Shown here: one piece after another, positions 20,015 to 34,000 of the stretch
How the letters are laid out: every line of letters begins with the position of its first letter
How positions within the stretch are numbered: position 1 is the first letter of the stretch
DNA from: a virus
Taxonomy: Duplodnaviria > Caudoviricetes
Strand: one strand, 5' to 3'
IMG/VR virus record: IMGVR_UViG_3300028591_000008
Span: 1-64,000 of that record
DNA: 64,000 bases
The notes under the pieces: generated by a model
What the model saw: the letters and a program-made list of their open reading frames with translations, nothing else
The model's database searches: none
Told to the model about the DNA's origin: nothing
Made by a program: the position numbers and the translations under genes

Positions 20015-20753
20015 TAGTAATGCTTTTCTTGGCTTACCGTTTTCATTTTAGAATATCTGTAAAGTTTACCCACCAAAAATAAAAGAGATTTTAACGGAAA
20101 AAAACTATCCAGTATATAAAAAGATTTTCTTTAGTACATAGGAAGACATTGAGGATGAATATACTGAATAGAAACTTCCTATAGATTAGGTTCCTACGCC
20201 ATTAGGCTATGTTTTTAAGCTTGCTGAGCAAGATGAACGCATTAAAAAAATAATTATTGACGGAATTGAATTTTTTATTAAAGAACCAGTATTGTTATTA
20301 ATGGACAAATAGATAATTATTGTAGGAGATCTAAAAGAGAGCCTTGTAAAAGCCCAATCAGTTTTAGATTTACGTATGATAACCAAAGATAATTATTTCG
20401 ATTTTTAGAATGCCTTGCGGCGCGCGATTGGTGAAAAAGAAGCCGAACCATATAATCCAAATGAGAATCCAAAAGTAAGATATTTTAAGGCAAAAGCTAG
20501 ATTAAGAGATCGAGTTAAAGCAAAATCTAAAGATTCACTTACTTTGGGTTCAACTTTAGCATCAATTTGTTGTATGGGTATAGGAATTACTCCACTTAAT
20601 GTTGGAGAGTTAAGCTAGGCCGCCATATCAGTTATTATGAGATACTATCAAGAGAAATATAAATATGACATTGATATATAGTCTTTAATTACTGGTGCGG
20701 ATAGCAAAAAAGTTAAACCGCAATTTTGGATTAGAAATATAGAAGACTTATAA
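20007..20753 (+). CDS. Hypothetical tail-module protein (TAG read-through)
   Basis: Includes fragment 20415; TAA at 20751. Confidence 0.6.
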
Positions 20754-20771
20754 CATAGGAGGTCATTTTAA

Positions 20772-21647
20772 ATGGCTAGTATTTTAGATCGTTACGGCAT
20801 AAAAGAAGTTGCCGACGTAACATTCTACAAGATCAATTCTGATGGTACTCCTGGCGAGCCTGTGCTATTTCTTGATACTTTAAAGGTATCTACAATTGAG
20901 CAGACTGCTGAAACTGTTGATGCCCGTGGTGGTAAAGGTAACCCTAAACTGATCACTTGGGACTATGGTAAGGAAATTACAGTTAACATCGAAGATGCTC
21001 TGTTTAGCCCAAAATCTATGTCTATTATGCTTGGTGATGGTACTGTTACTAAAGCCACAGCACAGGATATTAATCGTGTTGCAGTAATTCGTCTTGATGA
21101 TACAGGTAAACTTCCTGAGTACTTTACTGCTGATATCTATGATAAAGATATGGGCTCTGCTCGTAAGAAAGTATACATTGGTGGCTCTACCGCTCCTACC
21201 GGTATGGTAGCTTTTGCCAATTCTGGTATCACTCTGAAAACTGCTGTTTCTGAAGCTGGCGCTGTGCTAGACAGCACTCTGACCATTGCCGAACTGCAGG
21301 CTGCTCATACTTCTGCAACTGCTCCTTTCTCCAGCCATGCTGGTGAAAAGATTTTCATCACCTATACTGTTAAGGCTACTACTAAGACCATCATTATTTC
21401 TGGCGACACCTTCCCAGGCACATATTATGTTACTGGCGACACCTATTCTCGTTCTGATGTCGATGGTAGCGACCAATTCTTCCAGTTCATCATTCCTAAG
21501 GCAAAGATGACTGCTGAGAATACAATCACCCTTGAGGCTGAGGGCGATCCTTCAACCTTTAACATGAACCTCACCGTTCTTCGTCCAGAGTCTGGCGAAA
21601 TGATGAAGCTCGTGCAGTATGACCTTGACCCAGTTGAGGCAGGCTAA
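20772..21647 (+). CDS. Major tail tube protein
   Basis: AGGAGG RBS, biased codons, ARGGKGNPKLITWD and IPKAK...LEAEGDPSTF; followed by terminator 21666-21693; no TAG. Confidence 0.75.
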   Translation: MASILDRYGIKEVADVTFYKINSDGTPGEPVLFLDTLKVSTIEQTAETVDARGGKGNPKLITWDYGKEITVNIEDALFSPKSMSIMLGDGTVTKATAQDINRVAVIRLDDTGKLPEYFTADIYDKDMGSARKKVYIGGSTAPTGMVAFANSGITLKTAVSEAGAVLDSTLTIAELQAAHTSATAPFSSHAGEKIFITYTVKATTKTIIISGDTFPGTYYVTGDTYSRSDVDGSDQFFQFIIPKAKMTAENTITLEAEGDPSTFNMNLTVLRPESGEMMKLVQYDLDPVEAG

Positions 21648-21711
21648 TTAAATAGTCAGAATTATGGCGGAGGAGGATTCTTCTCCGCCTTTTCTATTAG
21701 GAGGAAAAGGC

Positions 21712-22497
21712 ATGGATGAAAATTTAGGCTCCTTTAAAACTTTAGAGGAGGTTCATATAAAAGCTACTTAGAATATAGAAGTAAATGGAAGAAAGTTTTA
21801 GGAAGGCGAAACTATTGCTTACTTTGATAAGATTTAGGTAGCTGGGTTAAACGAATTAAAAGACTATGTGGCCGCGCGCGGTGGATACGATAATAGAGGT
21901 TTAGTTTATTGGGAAACTACGCATGAGCTAAAGTTGACATTTACTTAGGGAGTATTTTCTAATACTTAGTTTGGGCTTTTAAATAATGCTCAAATAATTT
22001 AGTATGACGAAGGAGAACCTTTGTTAATTACTAAAATGGAAGAATTAGAAAGCGATGAGACTGGAAATATTTTTACCACTTATGAAGCTCAAGATCAAGT
22101 TTTTGTTTATGATAAAGAAACTGGAGAAAAGCTTGAGTGGTGGAAAGTTGGTAAAAATTTAAAAATAAATGAGAGTTATAAGAGTTTAGTTGTGAAGTAT
22201 AGGTACAACTATACTGGTGGCGCGAGTGTAGCAAAAATCGGACAACGGTTCTTGCGTGGTTTCTTAGAATTAGAAGGTAAAACGAGAGTAAAGGACGATA
22301 CGTCTGGACTTATTACTACAGGAATTATTGTGATTCCAAAACTAAAATTAATGTCTGGCTTATCTATGAAATTAGGCGCGTAGGCAAATCCGGTTGTCGG
22401 TACTTTTGATGCGGTTGGCGTGCCAGTAGAAATGAGACATAATAGCTATGTGGCTGAGTTTTATTTCTTGAATAATGATATAGATAGTGATATGTAA
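21712..22497 (+). CDS. Second tail-tube-like protein, paralog of 20772 (TAG read-through)
   Basis: ARGGYDNRGLVYWE and IPKLKLMSGLSMKLGAQANP align with the major tail protein motifs. Confidence 0.65.
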
Positions 22498-22550
22498 GAT
22501 AGTCAGCATTAGTTTTAGCTAATGCTGATTTTATTTTATGGGGTGAAAAA

Positions 22551-25500
22551 ATGGCGGGATAGAAATTTACTTTAACATTTGATGCGAATTTAAATGTTAG
22601 TTAGATGAAAGGTGCATTAGGGCAAATTTAGAGTACCCTAAACGGATTGCATCTACCACCTAATGTAACAAAAGGGCTTCAAGGAACTTTTAATAAATTA
22701 TAGAGTGAAGTTTAGGCTTTTGAGGCGGCCATTGGCAAAGATATAACGGGGAAAGCAGACTTTAAAAAACTTGAAACTTAGGCTCAAAAAATTGGGGAAG
22801 CTTTTGAAAAATTAAAGATTCAAGTTAAAGATCTTACTGGATTGAGTGGAGCAGACTTAGAAAAAATGTTCCCGCAATCAGTTACTAAAAATATCCAAAC
22901 TGCTAATAATGCATTAAAATAGTATAAAACTACTTTAAATAATGCTACTAAAGATGTAAATACTGCATAGACTGCGGTTTAGAAATTAAATAATGCGATT
23001 TCTAAAGAGTAGGGAAAGACTGTTTTAACTGGTGATTAGTATAAGCAACTAACTGATAACTTAAAAATTGCTGAACAAGAAGTTACTACTCTTGAAAATA
23101 GATTATAGTCATTAACTACGCAAGAGCAACAAATGGCATCTTAGTTAAGTTAGCCTAATAAAAGCAGCAAATATCGTTAGATTGTAAAAGATATTTAGGA
23201 TGTTAATAATTAGCTAATACAAGCACGACAGAATGCTCAAAATTTAGCGAATCAAAAAGCTGGTTCTACGACTTTTGAACGTCAGGCAAAAGATCTAACA
23301 GAATTGAATAGTAAATTAACTGAAGCTATAACAAAATTAAATCAATATAAACAAGATTTAGCAAGTATTCAAAGTTCTGGAACTGGCGGCGGTTTAAGGT
23401 CTTTATTAGATGATATTGGCCATTTGACTGGAATGGATATGTCTAAATTTAGTGCCGATACAATAGGCGCGGCCGATGCAATCTAGACATATCTTAATTA
23501 GTAGTTATAGCAATTATCATAGAATTTATAGACTGCTGAAGCAGCGGTTAATAATGCTGGATAGCCCATTAGAAATCTTGGCAATAATATGCGTAATGCA
23601 AGTGATGCATTTTAGCAATTTAATACACAAAGCCGAGAAATTGATATGCTCCGAAGTCGCATTTAGTATTTCTTCGGTTTAAATAATGCGATTCAACTTG
23701 TTAAACGCACAATGCGTGATGCTTACCAAACCGTAAAAGATTTGGATAAAGCTATGACTGAGACCGCAGTTGTTACTGACTTTTCAGTTGGTGATATGTG
23801 GTCATAGCTTCCAGAATATACCAAGCGCGCGAATGAACTTGGTGTTACAACATAGGCAGCATATGAAGCTGCTACACTTTACTATCAGCAAGGTTTAAAT
23901 ACTAATGAAGTCATGGCAATGTCTAACGAGACATTGAAGATGGCCCGTATAGCTGGTCTTGATGCAGCAGAGGCTACTGACCGTATGACAAACGCTATTC
24001 GTGGATTTAATATGGAAATTAATACTGCGAATGCATAGCGTATTGATGATGTATATTCACGACTGGCGGCAATTTCTGCATCTAATGTTGATGAGATCTC
24101 AACAGCTATGACAAAGGTAGCTTCACTTGCAAATAATGCAAATATGGAGTTTGAAACAACCGCTGCATTTTTAGCACAAATTATTGAAACTACTCGTGAA
24201 TCTGCTGAGACTGCTGGTACAGCATTAAAAACTGTTGTAGCTCGTTTTTCAGAAGTTAAAAAATTAGTAGATGAAGGGGAATTAAAAGGTCAAGACGAAG
24301 AAGGCCAGATGATTGATGTTAATAAGGTATCATAGGCTCTTCGTACTGCTGGTATTGATTTAAATAAATATTTCTTAGGCGAAGTTGGACTTGATGATAT
24401 TTTCATGGAGTTAGCTTCTAAATGGGATTCTTTAACTACTTTATAGCAACGTTATATTGCTACGTAGGCTGCTGGTTCTCGTCAGCAATCTCGTTTTATT
24501 GCTTTAATGTCTGATTATGCTCGTACTTAGGAGTTGGTTGGAGAAGCATATAATGCGAATGGTGCATCTGCTAAATAGTTTGAAAAAACTTAGGAATCAT
24601 TAGAATCTAAATTAGCAAGATTAAAGAATGCTTGGAATGAGTTTGCTATGGGCATTGCTAATAGCGATCTTGTTAAAGCGGGTGTAGATTTTCTAACTAA
24701 TTTATTAAATGGTATTAATGCATTAACTAGTGGATTTGGTACATTAAACTCTGGTGTTGGTAGTTTTATAAATATGCTTTTAAAACTATCAGTATTAACT
24801 GGTGGTTTATAGTTAGGTAAAGGATTAACAGCCGGGCTATTTGGTTCTCTTTCAAGTATATTAACTGGTAGAGCACTTGATACAACTTTTACTCAGCGTG
24901 CAGCCGGTGCAATGGGTATTTCTGCTAATGGGTCTCTTTTAAGAACTTTGTTAATGGGCACGGCAAGTCCGTTTACTGGAGTTGGGAGAGGAATTGGTAC
25001 AGCAGGAAAATATACCTGGGGACTCGCAAAAGGACTCGGCGGTGCAATGGGAGTGGGGACTGGTGGTATAGCCGGTTCATTAGGTGCTTTATCAGGCACT
25101 TTAGCGACCGGTGGAGCCGGAGTTGCCGCAGGACTAACTGGATTAATTACTGCTCTTGGGGCCATTACTGTTGTAGCTGGTGGAGCTTATCTTGCCATAA
25201 AGAAGCTCTATGATCTTTCTCCTTCTGGACAATTAAGATCTGCAAAACAATACGCCGCTCAAAAAGAAAAAGAAGCAGAAACCACTCAAAAAGCAGCAGA
25301 ATCTCTTCAAAATTTACAAAGCTCTTATCAAGAATATAATGCGGCAGTTAATGAAGCTTCAACAATTGAAGATAGATAGGCTGCGATAAAAGCCCGTAAC
25401 GAGGCAGTTCTTAATGCCATTAAAGAAAATCCAGATTATTCTCAATATTTAGATACGGATTTTGATATTAATGGTGAACTTATTTTAACTTTAAATGAAA

Positions 25501-28500
25501 ATAAAGTTACTGAAGCTGCGACAGATGCGGCGAGAGAAGCTACCAAAGCATCAATAGAGTCTTATATGGCTTAGGCCGCAGTTTATCAAAAAGAAGCATA
25601 TAAAAGTCAAGCCCGCCCTATTCCTACTGATTATTCTTAGAATATTTTAGATAATCCTTGGATGCCTCCTGAAGCAAAAGCGGCTGCACAATGGGCAGCA
25701 GGATTCTTCGGATAGACTTCTGAAGAAGATCAGTTAGAAGCTAATCTTTAGGCTCAAAAGGCTCTTGAATTATCTCGTAAATAGGCAGAGTTAGCTTATG
25801 CTACAATGCTTGATTTTTCTGATTTAGAATTAGATAAAACACTTGGAGAAGGTTTTTCTTCTTCTTTAGCAGAAACTCTTAGCTACATCTATAAGCAAAC
25901 AGGAGAATTTATTAGTCAAGAAACTATAGATTCTTTATAGTAGGGCTTTCTTAAGGGCGATATTAGTAAAGATATCCTGACTTCTGATATAGATTTTTCT
26001 TTAACTGGAATTGATTTAGATTCTGACGAAGGATTCGGAAGTTTTATAGATTCTCTTGGTTTAACGGGAGAAGAATTAGATAAGTTCTCTAATGCTATTA
26101 ATGCTGATACCGGTGCTATTAAAGAAGTTTTAAAATTCCGAGCAAAAGAAGTACAAACCTTACAAAAAGCACAAAAACAAAAAGTTTATGAAAATTTACT
26201 TCGTGGCGGTGCTAGTATAACTGATGCTCTTCAGGCAAATATAAATGGTATGTCTTTAGAGCAGGCTTAGTAGTTAAGTGATATTACAGCAAGTGCACAA
26301 AATATATTAAGCCCAAACGCTTATAGAGATTTCTTTGCAAATATACCAGAGCTTATGTAGTCAGAAGAACTCGAAGAAATTTAGAATTTCTTTAATTCTT
26401 TTGATTTAAGTAATCCAATAAATGCATTTTTACAACTGCGCGCGGCTGAAGAAAAAGCTAAACCAGAAGGACTATTTGCTTCATTACTTACATCAATTGA
26501 AGAAACTAATGCTGCTTTATTTGATTCTGGAAATCTATTTTAGACTTTCTTAACTTCTTCTGAATATGATGAAATTTCTGAAAGTTTAGATGATTTTATT
26601 GAGAAGAATGGTGAAATTAGTAGTGATAATGTAGAGGAATTAGCTAGTAGTTGTAAAGGATTAAAAGCCGTTCTTGATAATGATAAAATTAGCGCGCAAG
26701 GATTAGCTAAAGCCTTAATGGCTTTACAAAATGGATAGGCTCCTATTGAAGGCTTAACAACTCGAGTATTAGAAGCTCTAAGTGCCACTCAAGATTTTGA
26801 TACCATGTTAGAAGAAATTTCTAACACGATAGCTAATTTTGATCCCGGCCGTGACTATGGTGAGGGTTCTGATTTCTTAGTACAACAAGCGGATAACTTG
26901 CTGGAGTTTGTTAGTGGCTATGAGTTTGGTAATGAGCAAACTCGAAATATTTATGATTTATTCTTTGGTGAAGGCGCTTATGACAAATTTATGTCTGAGT
27001 GGGGAACTAAAGGTATTGAATAGTACGCCGAGGAAATGAAAGGGCAAGTCGAGAAACTTAAGAATTGGGCTGATACTAATTCTTATGGTTTCATGAAAGA
27101 TTTTGCTGGTAATGCCGCACTTGGAATTACTCAAATTAATGAGCAAACTTTTAAATGGGCTACTAGAGGCCGTACTACTGAAGATTTAATTGCAGAAGTT
27201 TAGAAGCAAGCCAATATTTCGCGCGAAGCTGCGGAAATGATTATTGAAGGCTTTGCGGCACAATCTTATGATTTTGCAACTGAGCTTAAAGAAAATGATT
27301 ATTCTGCGTTTTTAAATGATTTTGTTACTACAGCTGGTAATACACGTACTATTACAGAATAGGAACTTACTGCTTTAGGCGCTGCTTTTGGAAAAACTGC
27401 TGATGAAATTTATGCAGATTTAGAAAAATTACGTGATGAAAAAGGAATTGATATTCCGGTTCGTGTTAAATGGCAAGATTAGAGTGGCGCTAATTTAACT
27501 GGTAATGTTTTAATAGAATAGTTTAAGGCTAGTCTTTCTGGTATTGAATTATCATAGTATGTTTAGGATGCTATTAATCAAGATACTGGTAATATTAATT
27601 TAGATGCTTTGCTTGGAAAACTTACTTCCGAAGGATTAAGTTCTGGATAGGCCGCAGAAATAGCTAATAATATTGCCAGTGAATTAAATGTTGAATTAGA
27701 ATAGACAGTTTTAACACCAAAATTTAAGGTCGACCCTGACACTGGCGAAGGCATTATTACAACAATTAGTGAGACAGTAAGTGGGAAAAATATTGATGAA
27801 TTAACTGCTACTGTTGATGCAAGTATATAGGCTGCTAACTATGAAATGTTAGCACAAGAATTGCTTAATGTTGATTTAAGCGAAGCCGCAGCGAAAATTT
27901 CTTCTAGTGTAAATAATGCTATTGTTAGCGGTGGAGAAAGCGGTGCAACTGAGGCGGTTAGAGCAATACAGTCCGCATTTTCAGCTAATCCATTTTCTGC
28001 ATAGCTTATTATTAATTCTAATATAGATTCAATTTATCGTAAATTTTTGGCTATGTAGAGCAATTAGATTGCCGCGACGGGTGGTATAGTTCGCTCTTTA
28101 GCTAATGGATCTGCAGACTATTTCTTACAACCAGGTTGGGCCTTAACTGGTGAACTTGGGCCAGAAATTATTTGGAATAAAGATCGTGGTTATGCTTACA
28201 TTACTGGCATGCATGGTCCGGAATTTCAGACTCTATATCCAGGTGATCGAGTATTTAACGCTCAAGAGACCTCTAGAATTCTTAAAAATAGTAGTTTTGC
28301 AAAAGGAGGAAAATTTAACTCTTATGCAACTGGTGGATATAATTCTGGTGGAGGAAATTCTGGTGGCTCTAGTGGGTCTGGCGGAAGTAACTCTGATAAA
28401 GAAAAAGAAGATAAATGGAAAAATGAAATTGATTGGCTATATAATCTTGTAGAAGATATAGAAGAATTAGAGCGTGAGCAGACAAAGCTTCAAGAGGACT

Positions 28501-30083
28501 ATGAAGATTATCTCCAAGACCAATCAAAAACTGGCAAAGATCTATACAAGCTTTTAGTTGAACAATTAGGTAATTTATATACTCAATTAAATAATCAGTA
28601 GGCCGCACTTGAACTGCGCGAACGTGAAATGCGTGAGTTCATGGATACTACCAATCAATATGATGAATTATTGTCATATAACTGGAATGATCGTACATTA
28701 GAAATTGATTGGGATGCCATTGAAGCTCTTCAAGACAAAGAAGTTTATGAAGAAGTGGCAGATTTAGTTTCACAAGCCGAAGAAATTCAAGGGAAGATGG
28801 ATGATGCTGAAGATTCAGTTATGGATATTCGAAATCAAATCCAAGAACTTGAAAATATTTGGAGAGATACTTACGCTGATTTTGAGTCGAGAGTATTTGA
28901 TGCAGTAGTTTCTTATTATTAGGAAATTATTGATGATTATTCTGAGTTACATGATACTTTAACTGAATCTAATTCTGATATTTTAAATTCTATTTAGAAG
29001 CAGATTTCTTTAGAGCGGCAAATTAGAGATAATACTAAGACAGAAGAAGATATTTCTAATAATGAAGCTCAATTGGCCTATTTACGTAGAGATACTACCG
29101 GCGGGAATGATATGGCCGCCCTTCAATTAGAAAGAGAGCTTGGTGACTAGAGATAGTCATATGAAGACACGTTAGTTGATTAGGCTGTGGCTCGCTTACA
29201 AGAAGACAATGAAGCCGCCGCGGAATAGCGTTCGAAGTAGATCGAAATAATGCAAGCATAGCTTGATTATTAGAAAGAAAGTGGAGAATTTAATGCATAT
29301 GTAACCGAACTACTTGAATCTGCCATGGGCGCTGATGGTGAATTATTAACTAACTCTGATTTGATGAATCTTTTAAAAGACCAAGAAAACTGGAGTGCTA
29401 TGAGTGAGATCAATAAGTAGATTTGGGAAGATGAGTTAAATGGCACATTTAAAGAGGTTGCAGCATTCTTACTGAAGTAGGATGCGGTAGAGAATGGAAC
29501 ATTTATTAGTGCCTTGACCGGTGCTATTTAGGGAATGACTTCTGCTATTGGAGGTTATAGCCAACCTTCAATTAAGATTGATTATGGAACAGGAGGAAGC
29601 TCTAGCGGAGGTGGAAGCTCAGGTGGAGGGACTTCTACTAGTTCTAGTAGTCCTAAACCGGGTGTTCTTAAAACAGAGACTACTTATGACTTTAGAGGAA
29701 TACCTACCGCTTATAGTCCAGACAGTGGCAGTAATTATATTGGTACTGCTCGTGGATTAGTTCGAAAAAAATATGCAACTGGCGGTTTGGCTTCTGAGAC
29801 TGGTCCCGCATGGCTTGACGGCACTTTATCAGAACCAGAGTATGTATTAAACGCAAAACAAACTGATGCTTTCTTGCGGCTGGCTGATGTTCTTCCATCC
29901 ATGATGCAAGGTGGCTCTAATAATACATCCACTACATTCGGTGGTATTAATTTAAATCTTGTAATGAATGTAGATCAGATAGCTTCTGATTATGATGTAG
30001 ATCGCATAGCAGATCGTGTGAAAGATATTGTCTATAATGCAGGACAATATCGGAATGTAAATACACTTAATTTTATGAGATAA
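22551..30083 (+). CDS. Tape measure protein, ~2510 aa (TAG read-through)
   Basis: Fragments 23304, 24108, 24912, 26805, 28209, 28629 and 29535 share one frame. TMP-like core (LDKAMTETAVVTD, ESAETAGTALKT) and YATGG/GPE motifs. Codon 4 is TAG. Confidence 0.88.
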
Positions 30084-30158
30084 ATTAAGTATTTACTACT
30101 TAAGAATAGGAAGCGTGGGATGAGTAATCTCATCCCACGCAATAAAGGAGGAATAAAA

Positions 30159-31007
30159 ATGAGTACCTTTATAGGTGATTATTTAGGATTTTCATTAGGG
30201 CAATATCATTCACATTAGTTAAATATAGTGCGTACTAGTACAAATGATAGATACATAGAGAATATGTTACCTGCTTTTACTGATAGTACAGCAGTAGCTG
30301 TAGGTGGAAATGGAACATATTATTGGAATACATCATATACATAGAAAGTATTTACTATAGATTTTGCATTTGATGATTTGCATGAAGTAGATGTACAAAG
30401 ATTAAAAAGAGCTTTTGGTTTTAAAGGAGTTTAGCCTTTAATTTTTGATGAGTTGCCTTATAAAAAATATATGGTTAAGTGTCTAACTCCTCCAACTTTA
30501 AAGTATATTTGTTTTGAAGAGGGTGGAGTAAAAATATACAAAGGAGAAGGATCTGTATAGTTGGTAAGTTTTTATCCATTTGGGATAAGTACGACAGAAA
30601 AACCAATTGTATATAACCCAAAAATGTAGAGTTCTTTTGTATATAACGATGGAGAAGTTGAAGGAGAATTTAAGCTTATTTATAAAATTTATGCTGAATA
30701 GGACGGTTCATAGGAACCTGGCACTGTAGGAACTATAACATTACGCCTAAGAAAAGAGCGAAATGGAAGCGATATTGGATTGCTACAATTATAGAAAATT
30801 AGAAAGATAGATGAAAATGATATTTATTTTTAGATTGATTCTTATACCAATTTAATTGAAGGATTAGATGCCAATTTTAATAAAACTGGTACTTTATATA
30901 ATAAATTTATAACTGGAGGAGACTTTTTTAAATTGCCAGTTGGTGATGGCTATTTAATTACAAAGTATTAGCATGTATCAGGGTCTTATACTCCTTTGTA
31001 TTATTAA
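30159..31007 (+). CDS. Distal tail protein-like (TAG read-through; absent from ORF track)
   Basis: AAGGAGG RBS; follows TMP; LIFDELPYKKY motif; ends YTPLYY-TAA. Confidence 0.7.
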
Positions 31008-31019
31008 GGAGGACTATAA

Positions 31020-34000
31020 ATGAATAAATATGAAATTAGTATTTGGAATGATGTATACAATTCTACTCTTGAACGTTTTGAAGAAGAAAAAGTAGCAGTA
31101 ATTGGTTCCAATTCCATGACCTCATAGAACCGTGCGCTTGAACCGAACTTAAAAAGTAATGTAAATGGAACTAATATTTTTAATTTTTATTTATATTATG
31201 ATTACGTTGACAATCGTTCTGGTGAGCGTGTAAAAAATCCTTTTGTAAAGTTTCTGACTAACGAAAGAAAAATTAAAGTTTACTGGGATAATAAATGGTA
31301 TGATTTACTTATAAAATCTATTGTTGAAGATAGTGTGAAACATACTTTTACTTATACTTGTGAAGATCAATATTTAACAGAATTAAGTCGGACTGGATTT
31401 GAATTAGAGTTTAATACCGAACTATAGAATAATATAGGGACTGCATAGGAATTAGTTGAAAAGACTCTTGAAAATACAGATTGGCGCTTCTTAGAAGGGG
31501 ATAAAATTTATCAAGAGACTGAAGAGCCAGTTTATGAAGTAAAAATTCTTAATAATTTTAATGCACTAAAAAATCCAGAAGATGATTTAAATGCTTTAGT
31601 TTCAATAAAAAAGAATATGCCAGCATTAATATACTACTCTTGCGCGCCAGATATAGATAATTTAAAAACTAAGTGCTAGTTTTACTATAATGGTACGACT
31701 ACTTGGTAGCAAGATGTAAATGATATGTTAGTAATAAATGGCGATTGTTATATAGTAGATGTAACATGGACAAAAAATTTAACTAACAATACTGCTACGG
31801 CAAAAATTAACGGTACAAATGTTTTTACTATTAATTTTAATTCTGGCTTATCATAGAGCTATCGTGCAAAACGTTATGTGCAGTCTTAGAAAACTATTTA
31901 TAATAATATTGTAGATCGTTATGTAAATGTTTATAATTATAATGGTGGAAAAGAAAATTTATTGGGATATGAAACTACCGAATATAATGATGCAATATCT
32001 ATTGTAAATTTAATTGCTAATTCCTCTAATTTTTCAGATTTAAGTGGATGGATTGGAGCAGATCAAGATTTATCTTTCCGTATATCCCCTCCAATGAACG
32101 ACGAAGTTGAAATTTCCAATTATAAGCCACAAAGTTTTTTAAAATTAAATAAAACCAATGCAGTAGCAGGTACATACGTTTATAATAGTGGTATACAAAG
32201 TAATAGTCAGTATTTAAAAAATGGTTTTACCGTTGGAGAAAAATATATTTTTCGGGTTAAAATAAGAACGGGTTATGAACCAGCGCGTGGATACCATCAA
32301 GTAAATAATGCATATGTTGAGCCAATAATACGAAGATATGGTAGTAATTATATTCCTTACGAAGGCACAAATGTCGATTTTTTTACTATTAATCAAATAG
32401 AATCTGGCCCAGGTCATGATAATTGGTATGAATTTAAATTAACCTGTTGTCAGTCTTGTTCATATGATGAAATTATAAAGTTTCCTTATAAAATAGGTAT
32501 ATTTCTTAAAGTAAAACAAAGTTGTTGGCTAGAAGATATTTAGTTTTTTAAAGAAGCATATGGTGAAGATGAAAACGGTAGACGAACTAGAGTAAACCCT
32601 GGTGAAATGCAAACACAATCTATTGCTTAGCCAATTTGGAAATATTTTCTTACAAATTAGTCTAGTGACGTAACCAAAGATAGTTTAAAATATATTCATA
32701 CCTCTTTAGAAGAATGGAGCGAAGCTATACCTGTTAATAACGGTTATGAAAAGTTTGGATCAATAACAATTAGCCAATCAAATCGTTTTAATATATTACA
32801 AAGTATTGCAGAGACCTTTAAATGTTGGGTAACTTTTATTGTTGAGCATGATGAGTAGGGCCGTATTAAATTTGATGAAAATAATCTTCCTTGTAAATAT
32901 GTATAGTTAAAATAGACCATTGGTGAAGATAATGGTATAACTTTTAAATATGGAATTGATTTACAAGGTATTAAACGAGATATAAAATCTTCTTCTATAT
33001 CTACAAAAACAATTGTCTCTCAAAATAATAATGAGTTCGGTAAGAATGGTTTTTGTTCAATCGCGCGCAGTACACAAAATTATCCACGAGAAAATTTCGT
33101 TTTAAATTTTGATTATTATATTAGACAAGGTTTACTAAATGGAAATGCATTAAATAATGATTTATATGGTGCGACTGGTTTATAGTATTATCGCAAGTTA
33201 CATAATTGGAATACTGAATATATAAATAATTTAGAAATTATTCTTAATAAAAAGAATGCACTTACTAAGCAAACTGCAACAGCAAAAGTTTATAAACAAT
33301 ATATTTCTGCTGCCCAGCAAGAAAAAGAAGATGTTGAAGATAATATTATGAAATTGTCTGGTGTGGATAGTTTTTCTGGTGCACAGGATTATATTAGGAG
33401 TCATTTTAATAATATTAAAGTATAGACTTTGATGAATAGTCGGTCTACTATTATAAATAATATAAATAGTTATTAGAATCTTTTAAATAGTGTAAATAGT
33501 AGTATTGATGTTTTAACTACAGTTATTAGTGAATATGAAACTAGACAAAAACAAATAATAGATGATTTATCAGCATTGAACGCAATGTTTTATAAAAAAT
33601 ATTCTCGGTATATTCAAGAAGGAACTTGGAGTTCAGAAGATTATTACAATGATGATCTATATTATTTGGATGCTTTATAGGTTGCATATACAAGCAGCCG
33701 GCCGCAAGTTAGTTATAATATAAATGTTATAAGACTTAGTGGTTTGGAAGAATTTAGTTCTAAGAAATTTAATCTTGGTGATATTTGCTATATTCAAGAT
33801 ACTGATTATTTTGGATATTTAGCAGATGGATTTACTCCATATAAAGAATCTATTTATGTTTCTGAAATAACATCTTATTTTGATAGTCCGGAAAGAGATG
33901 TAATTGTTGTACAAAACTATAAAACTTAGTTTGATGATTTGTTTCAAAGAATAACCGCGGCGACTCAATCGTTAGAATTTAACGAGGGAAAATACAATAA

